From the NCBI GenBank assembly GCA_964291675.2, contig OZ219865.1, positions 416,001 through 480,000 on the forward strand: a stretch of 64,000 bases of DNA, in the 5' to 3' direction. The DNA comes from Alphaproteobacteria bacterium (lineage in GTDB: Bacteria > Pseudomonadota > Alphaproteobacteria > MPNO01). The notes below the pieces were generated by a model that saw nothing but the letters and a program-made list of their open reading frames with translations, ran no database searches and was not told where the DNA came from. Position numbers and translations under genes: made by a program. Below, in pieces: positions 21,351 to 32,079 of the stretch (position 1 is the stretch's first letter; the number at the start of each line of letters is the position of its first letter).

Positions 21351-22996
21351 AGAGCGCGCAAGAGCTTTCGTTCGTCGCCCTCGGCGGCGCCGGCGAGATC
21401 GGCATGAATCTCAGCCTCTACGGTTGTGGCGGGCGCTGGCTGATGGTCGATCTCGGGCTCGGATTCGCGGACGACTCGACACCGGGGATCGACATCCTGG
21501 TTCCCGATCCGGCGTTTATCGTCGAACGCCGCGAGGCGCTTGACGGGATCGTGCTGACCCATGCGCATGAGGACCATCTGGGTGCGGTCGCCACCCTCTG
21601 GCCGCGGCTGCGCCGCCCGGTCTACGCCTCGCCCTTCGCGGCGGCGGTGCTGGGCCGGAAGCTGGCGGAGGCCGGGCTGAAGAACGTGCCGCTCCGCATC
21701 GTCCAGCCCAACGCGCGCTTCGATGTCGGCCCCTTCGAGATCGAGTATCTGACCGCGGCGCATTCGATCCCCGAGGGCCACGTGCTCGCCATCCGGACGG
21801 CCGCGGGGCTTGCCGTCCATGCCACCGACTGGAAGCTCGATCCCTCGCCGCTGGTCGGCGCGACGACCGACGAGAACCGCCTGCGCGCGCTGGGCGCCGA
21901 GGGCGTCAGCGCGCTCACCGTCGATTCGACCAACGCCATGGTTGAGGGGCGCGCCGGTTCCGAGGGCGTGCTGAGGGACAGCCTGACCGAGATTGTCGCG
22001 AACTGCGCCGGCCGCGTCGCGATCGCCTGTTTTTCCAGCAACATCGCGCGCATCGAGACCATCGCGCATGCCGCGGCGGCCAACGATCGCCAGGCCTGCC
22101 TGGTGGGGCGGTCGCTCTGGCGCATGGTCGAGGCGGCGCGCGAGACGGGCTATCTGGCCGACACGCCGCCCTTCCTCACCGAGCACGACGCCGGGTACCT
22201 GCCGCCGGACAGGGTGGCGATGGCGGTCACCGGAAGCCAGGGCGAGAAGCGCTCGGCGCTGGCTCGGATCGCCGCCGGCGACCACCCCGCGGTGGCGCTG
22301 GAGCCCGGCGACACGGTGATATTTTCCTCGCGCCAGATCCCCGGCAACGAGCTCGCGATTTCGCGCGTGCAGAACCAGCTCGTGAGGCGGGGGATCGAGG
22401 TGATCGACGACGGCGCACGCGACACCCACGTCTCCGGCCACCCGGCGCGCGAGGAACTGCGCGCGCTCTATGAATGGCTGGCCCCCGCCGCCGTGGTGCC
22501 GATCCACGGCGAGGCGCGCCATCTCTTCGAGCAGGCCGCGCTCGCCCGCTCCGCCGGGGTGCCCGATGCGATGGTGGCGGAGAACGGCACGCTCGTCAGG
22601 CTGATACCCGGGCCGCTGGAGGCGCTGGGCGAGGTCGAGACCGGGCGGCTCGGGCTCGACGGCAAGCGGCTGGTGCCGGTCGACGGCGGGGCGGTGCGGA
22701 TGCGCCATCGCATCGGCTTCGCAGGCTCCGCGGTCGCCACGGTGGTCCTCGACCGCCGCGGCGCGCTGGCGGCCGACCCCCGGGTGACGCTGCACGGGGT
22801 GGTCGAGCCCGACGATGCGGAAGAGATCGAGGAGGAGGCGATCGACGCGGTGATCGATGCCATAGACGACCTCCCGAAGGGCGCCAGGCGCGACGACGAA
22901 GGTATCGCCGAAGCCGCGCGCCGCGCCCTGGTGCGCGCCGTCCGGCGGGCGATCGGAAAGCGCCCGGTGGCCCAGGTCCATGTCGTCCGGGTCTGA
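21347..22996 (+). CDS. rnj: Ribonuclease J
   Basis: [27 protein letters not shown] and HVSGH. Confidence 0.94.
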   Translation: MKSAQELSFVALGGAGEIGMNLSLYGCGGRWLMVDLGLGFADDSTPGIDILVPDPAFIVERREALDGIVLTHAHEDHLGAVATLWPRLRRPVYASPFAAAVLGRKLAEAGLKNVPLRIVQPNARFDVGPFEIEYLTAAHSIPEGHVLAIRTAAGLAVHATDWKLDPSPLVGATTDENRLRALGAEGVSALTVDSTNAMVEGRAGSEGVLRDSLTEIVANCAGRVAIACFSSNIARIETIAHAAAANDRQACLVGRSLWRMVEAARETGYLADTPPFLTEHDAGYLPPDRVAMAVTGSQGEKRSALARIAAGDHPAVALEPGDTVIFSSRQIPGNELAISRVQNQLVRRGIEVIDDGARDTHVSGHPAREELRALYEWLAPAAVVPIHGEARHLFEQAALARSAGVPDAMVAENGTLVRLIPGPLEALGEVETGRLGLDGKRLVPVDGGAVRMRHRIGFAGSAVATVVLDRRGALAADPRVTLHGVVEPDDAEEIEEEAIDAVIDAIDDLPKGARRDDEGIAEAARRALVRAVRRAIGKRPVAQVHVVRV

Positions 22997-23011
22997 GCGG
23001 AGCCCGCGCGG

Positions 23012-23257
23012 ATGAGCTGGTTCACCGGACTCATGGTCTTCCTGATCCTCTGGTGGCTGGTCTTCTTCGTCACGCTTCCCTTCGGGGTCCGCGCGCCGCA
23101 CGAGGCGGGCGAGAGCGTCGAGCCGGGCCATGCCGACGGCGCGCCGGTTCGGCCGCGGCTGTGGTTCAAGGTCGGGATCACCACCGTGGTAACGGCCGTC
23201 CTCTGGGGCATCGCCTATTGGCTGATCGCCTCCGACCTGATTTCGTTCCGCGGCTGA
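23012..23257 (+). CDS. DUF1467 family small membrane protein
   Basis: WWLVFFVTLPFG...G...GAP motif; usual position between rnj and proS in alphaproteobacteria. Confidence 0.85.
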   Translation: MSWFTGLMVFLILWWLVFFVTLPFGVRAPHEAGESVEPGHADGAPVRPRLWFKVGITTVVTAVLWGIAYWLIASDLISFRG

Positions 23258-23263
23258 ACGCGC

Positions 23264-23827
23264 ATGTCCTATTGCGACATCGCCCCCGGCCATCCCGTGC
23301 ACGGCCCCTATCACGACACCGAATACGGCTTTCCGGTGCGCGAGGATCCGGTGCTGTTCGAGCGCCTCGCGCTGGAGATCAACCAGGCGGGGCTTTCCTG
23401 GCTCACCGTGCTCGCGAAACGGGATGCCTTCCACGCCGCCTTCGACGGCTTCGACGTCGCCACGGTGGCGCGCTACGGGGACGCCGAACGGGCGCGGCTT
23501 CTGGGCGATGCAGGGATCATACGCAACCGCCTGAAGATCGATGCCGTGATCGCCAACGCACGCACCCTCGAGGGGCTGATCGCCGAACATGGCTCCTTCG
23601 CCGCCTGGCTCGACGATCACCACCCGCTGCCGAAAGACGCGTGGGTGAAGCTGTTCAAGCAGACCTTTCGTTTCACCGGCGGCGAGATCACCGGGGAGTT
23701 CCTCATGAGCACCGGCTACCTGCCCGGCGCGCATGCCGAGAGCTGCCCGGTCTGGCGCCGGATCATGGCGCTGGATCCGCCCTGGGCGGAGGCGCACGGT
23801 GACGCGCGCCGGGCGGATGTGCCATGA
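23264..23827 (+). CDS. tag: DNA-3-methyladenine glycosylase I
   Basis: YHDTEYG, QAGLSW, GIIRNRLKI, FRFTG and C-terminal HxxxC zinc ligands. Confidence 0.93.
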   Translation: MSYCDIAPGHPVHGPYHDTEYGFPVREDPVLFERLALEINQAGLSWLTVLAKRDAFHAAFDGFDVATVARYGDAERARLLGDAGIIRNRLKIDAVIANARTLEGLIAEHGSFAAWLDDHHPLPKDAWVKLFKQTFRFTGGEITGEFLMSTGYLPGAHAESCPVWRRIMALDPPWAEAHGDARRADVP

Positions 23828-23898
23828 TCGCCGCCGCCGCGGGGTCGGGACGATAGCGGGGACGCCTGGGAGACCGATGCAAGTCTGGGAGTTCGGCG

Positions 23899-25484
23899 GT
23901 GGCGCCTGACGACGCGAAGGCGCGTCTCGCGCTCACCGACATCTGCAAGACCTTCCCCGGGGTCGTCGCGAACGACCGCGTCTCGCTTTCCCTCCGGCCG
24001 GGCGAGATCCACGCGCTGCTTGGCCAGAACGGCGCCGGCAAGTCGACGCTCGTGAAGATCGTCTATGGCGTGCTGCGCGCCGATTCGGGCGAGATGCGGT
24101 GGAACGGAACCCCCGTGCAGGTCGCCTCGCCGGCCCAGGCGCGCCGGCTCGGCATCGGCATGGTGTTCCAGCATTTCTCGCTCTTCGATTCGCTGACCGT
24201 GGCGGAAAACATCGCGCTCGGAATCGACGAGAACGTGCCGATGCGCGACCTCACCGAGCGCATCGGCCAGGTCTCGGCACGCTACGGCCTGGCCCTCGAT
24301 CCGGGGCGCCACGTGCACACGCTTTCGGTCGGCGAGCGCCAGCGGGTGGAGATCGTCCGCTGCCTGCTGCAGAGCCCGAGCCTCCTGATCATGGACGAGC
24401 CGACCTCGGTGCTCACCCCGCAGGAAGCCGACCGGCTGTTCGAGACGCTGCGCCAGCTCGCCTCGGAAGGCGTGACGGTGCTCTATATCTCGCACAAGCT
24501 GGAGGAGATCCGCGCGCTCTGCGAGGCGGCGACGGTGCTGCGCGGCGGAGGGTGGTGGCGACCTGCGATCCGCGCACGCGAGACCGCCCGCGGCCTGGCC
24601 CAGATGATGATCGGCGGCGAGCTCGCGACGCCGGTGCGCGGCGCCGAGGGAGGGGAAGGCGCGGAACGGCTGGAGGTCCGGGGGCTGTCGCTCGAACCGG
24701 ACCACCCCTTCGGCACCCCGATCCGAAATGCGAGCCTCGCCGTGCGCGCCGGCGAGATCCTCGGCATCGCCGGGGTCGCGGGGAACGGCCAGCCCGAGCT
24801 TCTGGCCGCGTTGAGCGGCGAGACCCTGTGCCCGGACGCCGGGGCGGTCCTGCTCGACGGCGAGCCGGTCGGCCGCCTCGGCCCGCGCGAGCGCCGGGCG
24901 CGCGGGCTCTGCGTGGTGCCCGAGGAACGGCTCGGCCAGGCCACGGTGCCGGAGATGACGCTCGCCGAGAACGGGTTTCTGAGCGCCTATCTCCGCGAGG
25001 GCCTGCTGCGCCACTGGCTCCTGCAGCTCCGCGCCATGCACCGTTTCGCCGCCGACATCGTCCAGTCCTATAGCGTGATGACCCCCGGCACCGCCGCCAG
25101 GCCGGCAGCCTGTCCGGCGGCAATCTGCAGAAATTCATCATCGGCCGGGAAATCCTCCAGAACCCGGAGATCCTGATCGCCGCGCACCCCACCTGGGGCG
25201 TCGATGCCGGCGCCGCGGCGGCGATCCAGCAGGCCCTGCTCGACCTCGCCAAGGCGGGCGCGGCGGTCCTCGTGGTCTCGCAGGACCTCGACGAGCTGTT
25301 CGCGATCAGCGACCGCCTCGCCGTGATCTGCGAGGGCCGGCTGTCGGCCAGCCGGCGGACCGAGGACACCACCGTCGCCCAGGCCGGGCTCCTGATGGGC
25401 GGCATGTTCGACGACGCACGGCGAGATCGTCGAGACCCATGCTGCCTAGGCTGGAACCGCGCGGCGGCGTCTCCGCCGCGATGA
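23899..25484 (+). CDS. Nucleoside/purine (CUT2-type) ABC transporter ATP-binding protein, with frameshifts (~24548/~24579 compensating, ~25098, possibly ~25415)
   Basis: GQNGAGKST, LSVGERQ, DEPT and SHKL in the first domain. The second domain LSGGNLQK...PTWGVD...SQDLDEL is in a shifted frame. The true end may be TAG at 25449. Confidence 0.88.
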
Positions 25485-26530
25485 TGGTGCTGACGCCGCT
25501 GATCGCCGTCGGCGTGACCCTGATCGCCGGGGTGATCCTGTTCGCCGCGCTCGGCTTCGATCCCGGCCTCGCGCTCTATACCTTCTTCGTCAAGCCGGTC
25601 TCCAGCGTCTACGGGGTGTCCGAGCTGCTGCTCAAGGCGACGCCGCTGGCGATCATCGCCATCGGGCTGGCGTTCGGTTTCCGCGCCAATGTGTGGAATA
25701 TCGGGGCCGAGGGGCAGTTCACCCTGGGCGCGGTCTGCGGCGGCGGCGTGGCGCTGGCGCTGCACGGCGTGGACAGCTTCCTGGTGCTGCCGGCGATGGC
25801 GCTCGCGGGCATCGCGGGCGGTCTCGCCTGGGCGGCGGTCCCGGCCTTTCTCCGGGTGCGGTTCAACGCCAACGAGATCCTGACCAGCCTGATGCTGACC
25901 TACGTGGCGATACTGGTCCTGAGCTACCTGGTGCACGGGCCGTGGCGCGACCCGGAAGGGCTGAACTTCCCGGAATCCCGCATGTTCGAGGACCCGGCGC
26001 TGCTCCCGGTGATCCTCGACGAGACCCGGCTCTCGATCGCCGCGCCGATCGCGCTGCTGATCGTCCTCGCCGGCTGGCTGGTGCTGAGCCGCGCCTTCGT
26101 CGGCTTCCAGATCAAGGTGGTCGGGCAGTCGCCGGCGGCGGCGAGCTATGCCGGGTTCTCGGAGAAGAAGCTGATCTGGACCGTGCTCTGCGCCTCCGGC
26201 GCGCTGGCCGGGCTCGCCGGCATGTTCGAGGTGTCCGGCCCGATCGGCCAGCTCCACCCGGTCATCTCGCCGGGCTACGGCTTCACCGCGATCATCGTCG
26301 CCTTCCTCGGCCGGCTGCATCCCGTCGGCGTTCTGCTTCGCCTCGCTGCTGGTCGCGCTCAGCTATCTCGGCGGCGAGCTGGCGCAGATCGAGCTCAAGC
26401 TGCCGCTGGCGCTCACCGGGGTGTTCCAGGGGATGCTGCTGTTCTTCCTGCTCGGGACCGACGTGCTGATCCGCTACCGCATCCGCTTCCGGCCGCGCGG
26501 CGCGCGCTCGCCGCGGCCGAGGGGGGCTGA
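25439..26530 (+). CDS. Nucleoside/purine ABC transporter permease 1, with compensating frameshifts (~26338, ~26497)
   Basis: NIGAEGQ, NEILTSLML and GYGFTAIIVAFLGRLHP; the C-terminal helices are read in the alternate frame. Confidence 0.88.
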   Translation: MLPRLEPRGGVSAAMMVLTPLIAVGVTLIAGVILFAALGFDPGLALYTFFVKPVSSVYGVSELLLKATPLAIIAIGLAFGFRANVWNIGAEGQFTLGAVCGGGVALALHGVDSFLVLPAMALAGIAGGLAWAAVPAFLRVRFNANEILTSLMLTYVAILVLSYLVHGPWRDPEGLNFPESRMFEDPALLPVILDETRLSIAAPIALLIVLAGWLVLSRAFVGFQIKVVGQSPAAASYAGFSEKKLIWTVLCASGALAGLAGMFEVSGPIGQLHPVISPGYGFTAIIVAFLGRLHPVGVLLRLAAGRAQLSRRRAGADRAQAAAGAHRGVPGDAAVLPARDRRADPLPHPLPAARRALAAAEGG

Positions 26531-26531
26531 G

Positions 26532-27452
26532 TTGGATACCGCCGCCGCCGTTCTGGTCTCCATGATGGCCGCCGCCACGCCGCTGCTCTACGCCGCGCTC
26601 GGCGAGCTGGTGACCGAGAAGTCGGGCGTGCTCAATCTCGGCGTCGAGGGGATGATGATCACCGGCGCGGTGACCGCCTTCGCGACCGCGACGATCACCG
26701 GGAGCTCGGCGCTCGGCATCGTCGCCGGGGCCGCGGCGGCGACCGCGCTGTCGCTGATCTTCGCCTTGCTTACGCTCACCCTGGTCGCCAACCAGGTGGC
26801 GACCGGGCTTGCGCTCACCATCTTCGGCATCGGGCTCAGCGCGCTGATCGGCCAGGGCTATGTGGGGGAGCCGCTGGACGCGCTGCCCGCGCTCCACATC
26901 CCGGGCATCAGCGACATCACCTTCATCGGCCCGGTGCTCTTCGGCCACGACTTCCTGATCTATTTCTCCTTCGTCATGGTGGGTGCGGTGGCCTGGTTCC
27001 TGTACCGCACCCGCGCCGGGCTGGTGCTGCGCGCGGTGGGCGAGTCGCACGACGCGGCGCATGCGATCGGCTATCCCGTCATCGCCATCCGCTATCTCGC
27101 GGTCGCCTTCGGCGGCGCCATGGCGGGGCTCGGCGGCGCCTATCTGTCGGTCGCCTATACCCCGATGTGGATCGAGAACATGACCGCGGGACGGGGCTGG
27201 ATCGCGCTCGCCCTGGTCGTGTTCGCGACCTGGCGGCCGGGCCGGGTGCTGCTCGGCGCCTATCTGTTCGGCGGCGTCACCATATTGCAGCTCCACGGCC
27301 AGGGGTTCGGGCTCGGCGTCGCATCGCAGATCTTCTCGATGCTGCCCTATCTCGCGACCATCCTCGTCCTGGTGCTGATCTCCAGCGACCGCGCCCTGAT
27401 CCGGCTCAACGCGCCGGCCGATATCGGCAGGATTTTCCGCCCCGCGAGCTGA
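26532..27452 (+). CDS. Nucleoside/purine ABC transporter permease 2 (TTG start inferred)
   Basis: EKSGVLNLGVEGMM, LRAVGE, GRGWIALALV and LPY. Confidence 0.9.
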   Translation: MDTAAAVLVSMMAAATPLLYAALGELVTEKSGVLNLGVEGMMITGAVTAFATATITGSSALGIVAGAAAATALSLIFALLTLTLVANQVATGLALTIFGIGLSALIGQGYVGEPLDALPALHIPGISDITFIGPVLFGHDFLIYFSFVMVGAVAWFLYRTRAGLVLRAVGESHDAAHAIGYPVIAIRYLAVAFGGAMAGLGGAYLSVAYTPMWIENMTAGRGWIALALVVFATWRPGRVLLGAYLFGGVTILQLHGQGFGLGVASQIFSMLPYLATILVLVLISSDRALIRLNAPADIGRIFRPAS

Positions 27453-27523
27453 TTCGCGGCCTTACCACCGGCGACTTTGTTGGGTTATTCTGACGCGAGT
27501 TGCAAGACAAGGAGAGGCGATCC

Positions 27524-28597
27524 ATGAAACGTGCAGGACTCTTGCTTGCGGCGGCGGCCGCTCTCGGCCTCGCCGCCGGCGCCCAGGCCGCCGACAAGCT
27601 CAAGGTCGGCTTCGTCTATGTCGGCCCGATCGGCGACCACGGCTGGACCTACCGCCACGACGTCGGCCGCCTGGCGGTCGCCAAGGCGCTCGGCGACAAG
27701 GTGGAGACTACCTATGTCGAGAGCGTGAGCGAGGGCGCCGACGCCGAACGCGTCATCCGCCAGCTCGCCTCGACCGGCCACGGGCTGATCTTCACCACCT
27801 CGTTCGGCTTCATGAACCCGACCGTCAAGGTCGCCAAGAAGTTCCCCAAGGTGAAGTTCGAACACTGCTCGGGATTCAAGCGGGCGGCGAACGTCTCGAC
27901 CTATCTGGCGCGGTTCTACGAGGGCCGGACGATCTCGGGCCTGATCGCCGGCAAGATGACCAAGTCGAACGTCATCGGTTACATCGCCTCCTTCCCGATT
28001 CCCGAGGTGGTGCGCGGCATCAACGCCTTCACGCTCGCGCTCCGCGAGGTCAATCCCAAGGCCGAGGTCAAGGTGGTCTGGGTCAACACCTGGTACGACC
28101 CGGGCAAGGAGGGCGATGCCGCCAAGGCGCTGATCGACCAGGGCGCCGACGTCATCCTGCAGCACACCGATTCGCCCGCTCCGGCGCAGATCGCGCAGCA
28201 ACGCGGGGTGTGGGCGGTCGGCCAGGCCTCCGACATGACCAAGTTCGCGCCCAAGGCCCATCTGACGGCGATCATCGACGACTGGAACAGCTACTACGTC
28301 GCCCGGACGAAGGCGGTTCTCGACGGAACCTGGAAGTCGGAGGATGTCTGGGGCGGGCTCAACACCGGCATGATTGCGATGGCGCCCTACAACTCCGCCA
28401 TCCCGAAGGACGTGGTCGCGCTCGCCAAGCAGGCCGAGGCCGACATCAAGTCGGGCAAGCGCCACCCCTTCCAGGGGCCGGTGCGCAACCAGGCGGGCAA
28501 GGTCGTCATCCCCGAGGGCAAGTCGGCCGATGACGGGATGCTGCTCTCGATGGACTGGTACGTGGAGGGCGTGCAGGGCAAGCTGCCCGGCAAGTAG
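27524..28597 (+). CDS. BMP (PnrA-like) family ABC transporter substrate-binding protein
   Basis: Signal peptide; VGPIGDHGW, TSFGF, IPEVVRGINAF, WYDP and QHTDS; AGGAG RBS. Confidence 0.92.
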   Translation: MKRAGLLLAAAAALGLAAGAQAADKLKVGFVYVGPIGDHGWTYRHDVGRLAVAKALGDKVETTYVESVSEGADAERVIRQLASTGHGLIFTTSFGFMNPTVKVAKKFPKVKFEHCSGFKRAANVSTYLARFYEGRTISGLIAGKMTKSNVIGYIASFPIPEVVRGINAFTLALREVNPKAEVKVVWVNTWYDPGKEGDAAKALIDQGADVILQHTDSPAPAQIAQQRGVWAVGQASDMTKFAPKAHLTAIIDDWNSYYVARTKAVLDGTWKSEDVWGGLNTGMIAMAPYNSAIPKDVVALAKQAEADIKSGKRHPFQGPVRNQAGKVVIPEGKSADDGMLLSMDWYVEGVQGKLPGK

Positions 28598-28612
28598 ACC
28601 CAAGCAGGGAAG

Positions 28613-28643
28613 AGCCCGGCGCGCCCGCCGCGCCGGGCTTTTT
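28613..28643 (+). terminator. Rho-independent terminator after the BMP gene
   Basis: AGCCCGGCGCG-cccgc-CGCGCCGGGCT forms a perfect 11-bp stem, followed by TTTT. Confidence 0.85.
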
Positions 28644-28652
28644 CACGGCCGT

Positions 28653-28680
28653 TTGCCGCCCGCCCGGTTTTTTGTAGAGT
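28653..28680 (+). promoter_or_regulatory. Possible sigma70 promoter of proS
   Basis: TTGCCG-16 nt-TAGAGT just downstream of the terminator. Confidence 0.4.
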
Positions 28681-28711
28681 GCGGCCTTCCCGACCCCGGC
28701 CCGAGAATCGA

Positions 28712-30055
28712 ATGCGGCTCTCCAGCTTCTTCCTGCCCACGTCGAGGGACGACCCGGCCGAGGCGCAGATCGTCTCGCACCGGCTGATGCTGCGCGCCGG
28801 GATGATCCGCCAGGCCAGCGCCGGCATCTACTCCTGGCTGCCGCTCGGCTTGCGCGCGCTGCGCAATGTCGAGCGCATCGTGCGCGAGGAGCAGGACCGC
28901 GCGGGCTGCCAGGAGATGCTGATGCCGACCATCCAGTCGGCGGATCTGTGGCGCGAGAGCGGGCGCTACGAGGGTTACGGCAAGGAGATGCTGCGCATCG
29001 AGGACCGTCACGGCCGCGATATGCTGTACGGTCCGACGAATGAGGAACAGATCACGGAAATCTTCAGGCATTACATCAAGAGTTACCGTGAACTGCCCAA
29101 GCTGCTTTATCATATCCAGTGGAAGTTCCGCGACGAGGTACGCCCGCGCTTCGGCGTGATGCGGGGCCGCGAGTTCCTCATGAAGGACAGCTATTCCTTC
29201 GATCTCGACTACGAGGGCGCGCGCCGGTCGTACAACAAGATGTTCGTCTCGTATCTGCGCACCTTCGCGAGGCTCGGGCTCAGGGCGATCCCGATGCAGG
29301 CCGATACCGGCCCGATCGGCGGCGATCTCAGCCACGAGTTCATCATCCTCGCGGGCACCGGCGAGAGCGAGGTGTTCTGCCACCGCGCGCTCGTCGAGCA
29401 GGACGTGCTCGGCGACGACGTGGACTACGAGGCGGATCTGGCGCCCGAGGTCGCGCGCTGGACCGGGCACTACGCGGCGACCGACGAGAAGTTCGACGAG
29501 GCCGAGGCCGCGGCGCTCGGCGGCGACCTGGTGCGGGCGCGGGGTATCGAGGTCGGCCATATCTTCTATTTCGGCACCAAGTACTCCAAGGCGATGAACG
29601 CGGCGGTGCGCGGCCCGGACGACGACGAGATCTTCCTGGAGATGGGCTCCTACGGGATCGGCGTGTCGCGCCTGGTGGGCGCCATCATCGAGGCCTCGCA
29701 TGACGAGGACGGCATCGTCTGGCCGGAAGCGGTCGCGCCGTTCCGGGTCGGGCTGATCAACCTGAAGGCCGGCGACGGGAGGTGCGACGACGCCTGCGAG
29801 GAGATTTACCGGACGCTGGAAAGGGCGGGCTGCGAGACTTTGGTGGACGACCGCGCTCTGCGCGCGGGCGCCAAGTTCGCCGACATGGACCTGATCGGCC
29901 TGCCGTGGCAGGTCATCGTCGGCCCGCGCGGGGTCGCCGGCGGCAGCGTCGAGCTCAAGCGGCGCGACAGCGGCGCGCGCGAGGAGCTGTCGCTGGAGTC
30001 CGCGCTCGCCCGGCTGACCGCGCCGCCCGGCGCCGGAGGCTCGGCTAGTTCGTGA
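28712..30055 (+). CDS. proS: Proline--tRNA ligase (short alphaproteobacterial type, no INS editing domain)
   Basis: [34 protein letters not shown] and [10 protein letters not shown]. Confidence 0.97.
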   Translation: MRLSSFFLPTSRDDPAEAQIVSHRLMLRAGMIRQASAGIYSWLPLGLRALRNVERIVREEQDRAGCQEMLMPTIQSADLWRESGRYEGYGKEMLRIEDRHGRDMLYGPTNEEQITEIFRHYIKSYRELPKLLYHIQWKFRDEVRPRFGVMRGREFLMKDSYSFDLDYEGARRSYNKMFVSYLRTFARLGLRAIPMQADTGPIGGDLSHEFIILAGTGESEVFCHRALVEQDVLGDDVDYEADLAPEVARWTGHYAATDEKFDEAEAAALGGDLVRARGIEVGHIFYFGTKYSKAMNAAVRGPDDDEIFLEMGSYGIGVSRLVGAIIEASHDEDGIVWPEAVAPFRVGLINLKAGDGRCDDACEEIYRTLERAGCETLVDDRALRAGAKFADMDLIGLPWQVIVGPRGVAGGSVELKRRDSGAREELSLESALARLTAPPGAGGSASS

Positions 30056-31299
30056 TTTTCTCGCCGCTTGAGCGCATGATCGCGATGCGCTACCTGCGGG
30101 CCCGGCGCGAAGAGGGTTTCATCTCCGTCATCGCGGGGTTCTCGCTGGCCGGCATCGCGCTTGGCGTCGGTACGCTGATCGTCGTCATGTCGGTGATGAA
30201 CGGCTTCCGGGCCGAGCTCATGTCCCGCATCCTCGGGCTCAACGGCCATCTCGGCGTGCGCGCGGCGTCGGGCAGTCTCAAGGACTTCGATTCGCTGGCC
30301 GAGAGGCTGAGGGCGCTCCCGGGCGTGGTCAGCGTGACCCCGCTGGTCGAGGGCCAGGTGATGGCGACCGCCAACGGGGTGGCTGGCGGCGCCCTGGTGC
30401 GCGCGCTGCGCCCGGGCGATCTCAAGGCGAGGCGCGCCATCGCCGAAGGCATCGAGCGCGGCAGCCTCGACGACTTCAAGGGCAGGAGCGCCGTCCTGGT
30501 GGGCGACAGCTTCGCCAGGCGCTACGGGCTGGCGCCCGGCTCGAAGCTGCGGCTGATCTCGCCGGAGACCAGCACCACCGCCTTCGGCACCATGCCCCGG
30601 ACCAAGACCTACAGGGTCGCCGCGATCTTCGACGTCGGCATGTTCCAGTACGACAACGGCTTCGTGTTCATGACCCTCGACGCCGCCCAGCGCCACTTCC
30701 GCACCGGGCAGGCGGTGACCCAGCTCGAAGTGTTTCTCGACGACCCCGAGGGCGTCGACGGCATCAAGCCGCGGATCCGCGGACAGACCGAGCGCAAGCT
30801 GCGGCTGATCGACTGGCAGCAATCGAACGCCGCCTTCTTCAACGCCATCGAGGTGGAGAGGAACGTGATGTTCCTCATCCTGACGCTGATCATCCTGGTG
30901 GCGGCGTTCAACATCGTTTCCAGCCTGATCATGCTGGTCAAGGACAAGGGCTCCGACATCGCGATCCTCAGGACCATGGGGGCGAGCCGGGCGGCGGTGA
31001 TGCGTGTGTTTCTGCTGGCCGGCGCCTCTATCGGCATCGTCGGTACGCTGATCGGCTTCGGTCTCGGCCTCGCCTTTGCGAGCAATATCGAGACCATCCG
31101 CGGCTGGCTGGAGGCGCTTTCGGGCACCAATTTGTTCGCCGCCGAGATCTATTTCCTGTCGCGCCTGCCGTCGCGTGTCGAGGCGGACGACGTGCTGTTC
31201 GTCGTCGCGCTGTCGATCGCGCTGTCGCTGCTGGCGACGCTCTACCCGGCCTGGCGGGCGGCGCGGCTCGATCCGGTCGAGGCGCTGCGCTATGAGTGA
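30052..31299 (+). CDS. lolE: Lipoprotein-releasing ABC transporter permease LolC/E
   Basis: [17 protein letters not shown] and [18 protein letters not shown]. Confidence 0.93.
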   Translation: MIFSPLERMIAMRYLRARREEGFISVIAGFSLAGIALGVGTLIVVMSVMNGFRAELMSRILGLNGHLGVRAASGSLKDFDSLAERLRALPGVVSVTPLVEGQVMATANGVAGGALVRALRPGDLKARRAIAEGIERGSLDDFKGRSAVLVGDSFARRYGLAPGSKLRLISPETSTTAFGTMPRTKTYRVAAIFDVGMFQYDNGFVFMTLDAAQRHFRTGQAVTQLEVFLDDPEGVDGIKPRIRGQTERKLRLIDWQQSNAAFFNAIEVERNVMFLILTLIILVAAFNIVSSLIMLVKDKGSDIAILRTMGASRAAVMRVFLLAGASIGIVGTLIGFGLGLAFASNIETIRGWLEALSGTNLFAAEIYFLSRLPSRVEADDVLFVVALSIALSLLATLYPAWRAARLDPVEALRYE

Positions 31300-31999
31300 T
31301 CCCGCGCCCGCCCTCGCCCTGCACCAGGTCGCCAAGACCTACCGCCAGGCGGGCGGCGGGCTGGAGGTGCTGAAATCGGTCAGCCTCTCGGTGATGCCGG
31401 GCGAGATCGTCGCCGTCGTCGGCCCCTCGGGTGCCGGCAAGTCGACCCTGCTCCATATCGCCGGGCTGCTCGACCGGCCGACCGGCGGATCGGTCCGCTT
31501 CGGCGACCAGGACTGCAGCGCGCTCGGCGACGACCGGCGGACCGCGCTCAGGCGCGGCGGCATCGGCTTCGTCTACCAGTTCCACCATTTGCTGCCCGAG
31601 TTCTCCGCGCTCGAGAACATCGTGCTGCCGCAGATGATCGCCGGCCGCCACAGGCGGGAGGCGGCGGTCCGGGCGCGCGAGCTCCTCGGGCGGATGGGGC
31701 TCGCCGAACGCGCCAGCCACCGCCCGGCGCGGCTTTCCGGCGGCGAACAGCAACGGGTGGCGATCGGCCGGGCGCTGGCCAACCGTCCGAAAGTGCTGAT
31801 CGCCGACGAACCGACGGGAAATCTCGACCCGCAGACCGCCTCGTCGGTGTTCGAGATGCTGCTGTCCGCGGTGCGCGATCACGGGGTGGCGGCGCTGATC
31901 GCCACCCACAACACCGAGCTCGCCGCCCGGATGGACCGCCGCCTGGTGCTGCGCGACGGCGCAATCCAGCCCGGCGACATATCCCGGACCGTCGAGTAA
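31292..31999 (+). CDS. lolD: Lipoprotein-releasing ABC transporter ATPase
   Basis: [27 protein letters not shown] and DEPTGNLD. Confidence 0.95.
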   Translation: MSDPAPALALHQVAKTYRQAGGGLEVLKSVSLSVMPGEIVAVVGPSGAGKSTLLHIAGLLDRPTGGSVRFGDQDCSALGDDRRTALRRGGIGFVYQFHHLLPEFSALENIVLPQMIAGRHRREAAVRARELLGRMGLAERASHRPARLSGGEQQRVAIGRALANRPKVLIADEPTGNLDPQTASSVFEMLLSAVRDHGVAALIATHNTELAARMDRRLVLRDGAIQPGDISRTVE

Positions 32000-32079
32000 T
32001 CCACAGGCGAGGACGCCCTGCGCGATTGGTGATTCGCCGCGCGCGTGGAATCCTGTGCTGCCCACAGCGTCCGCCGCCC

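Noticed and set aside
26421-27452. Apparent fusion of the permease 1 C-terminus with permease 2
   Set aside because: It is explained by the compensating indels at ~26338 and ~26497. Permease 2 has an RBS (GAGGGGGG) and TTG at 26532.
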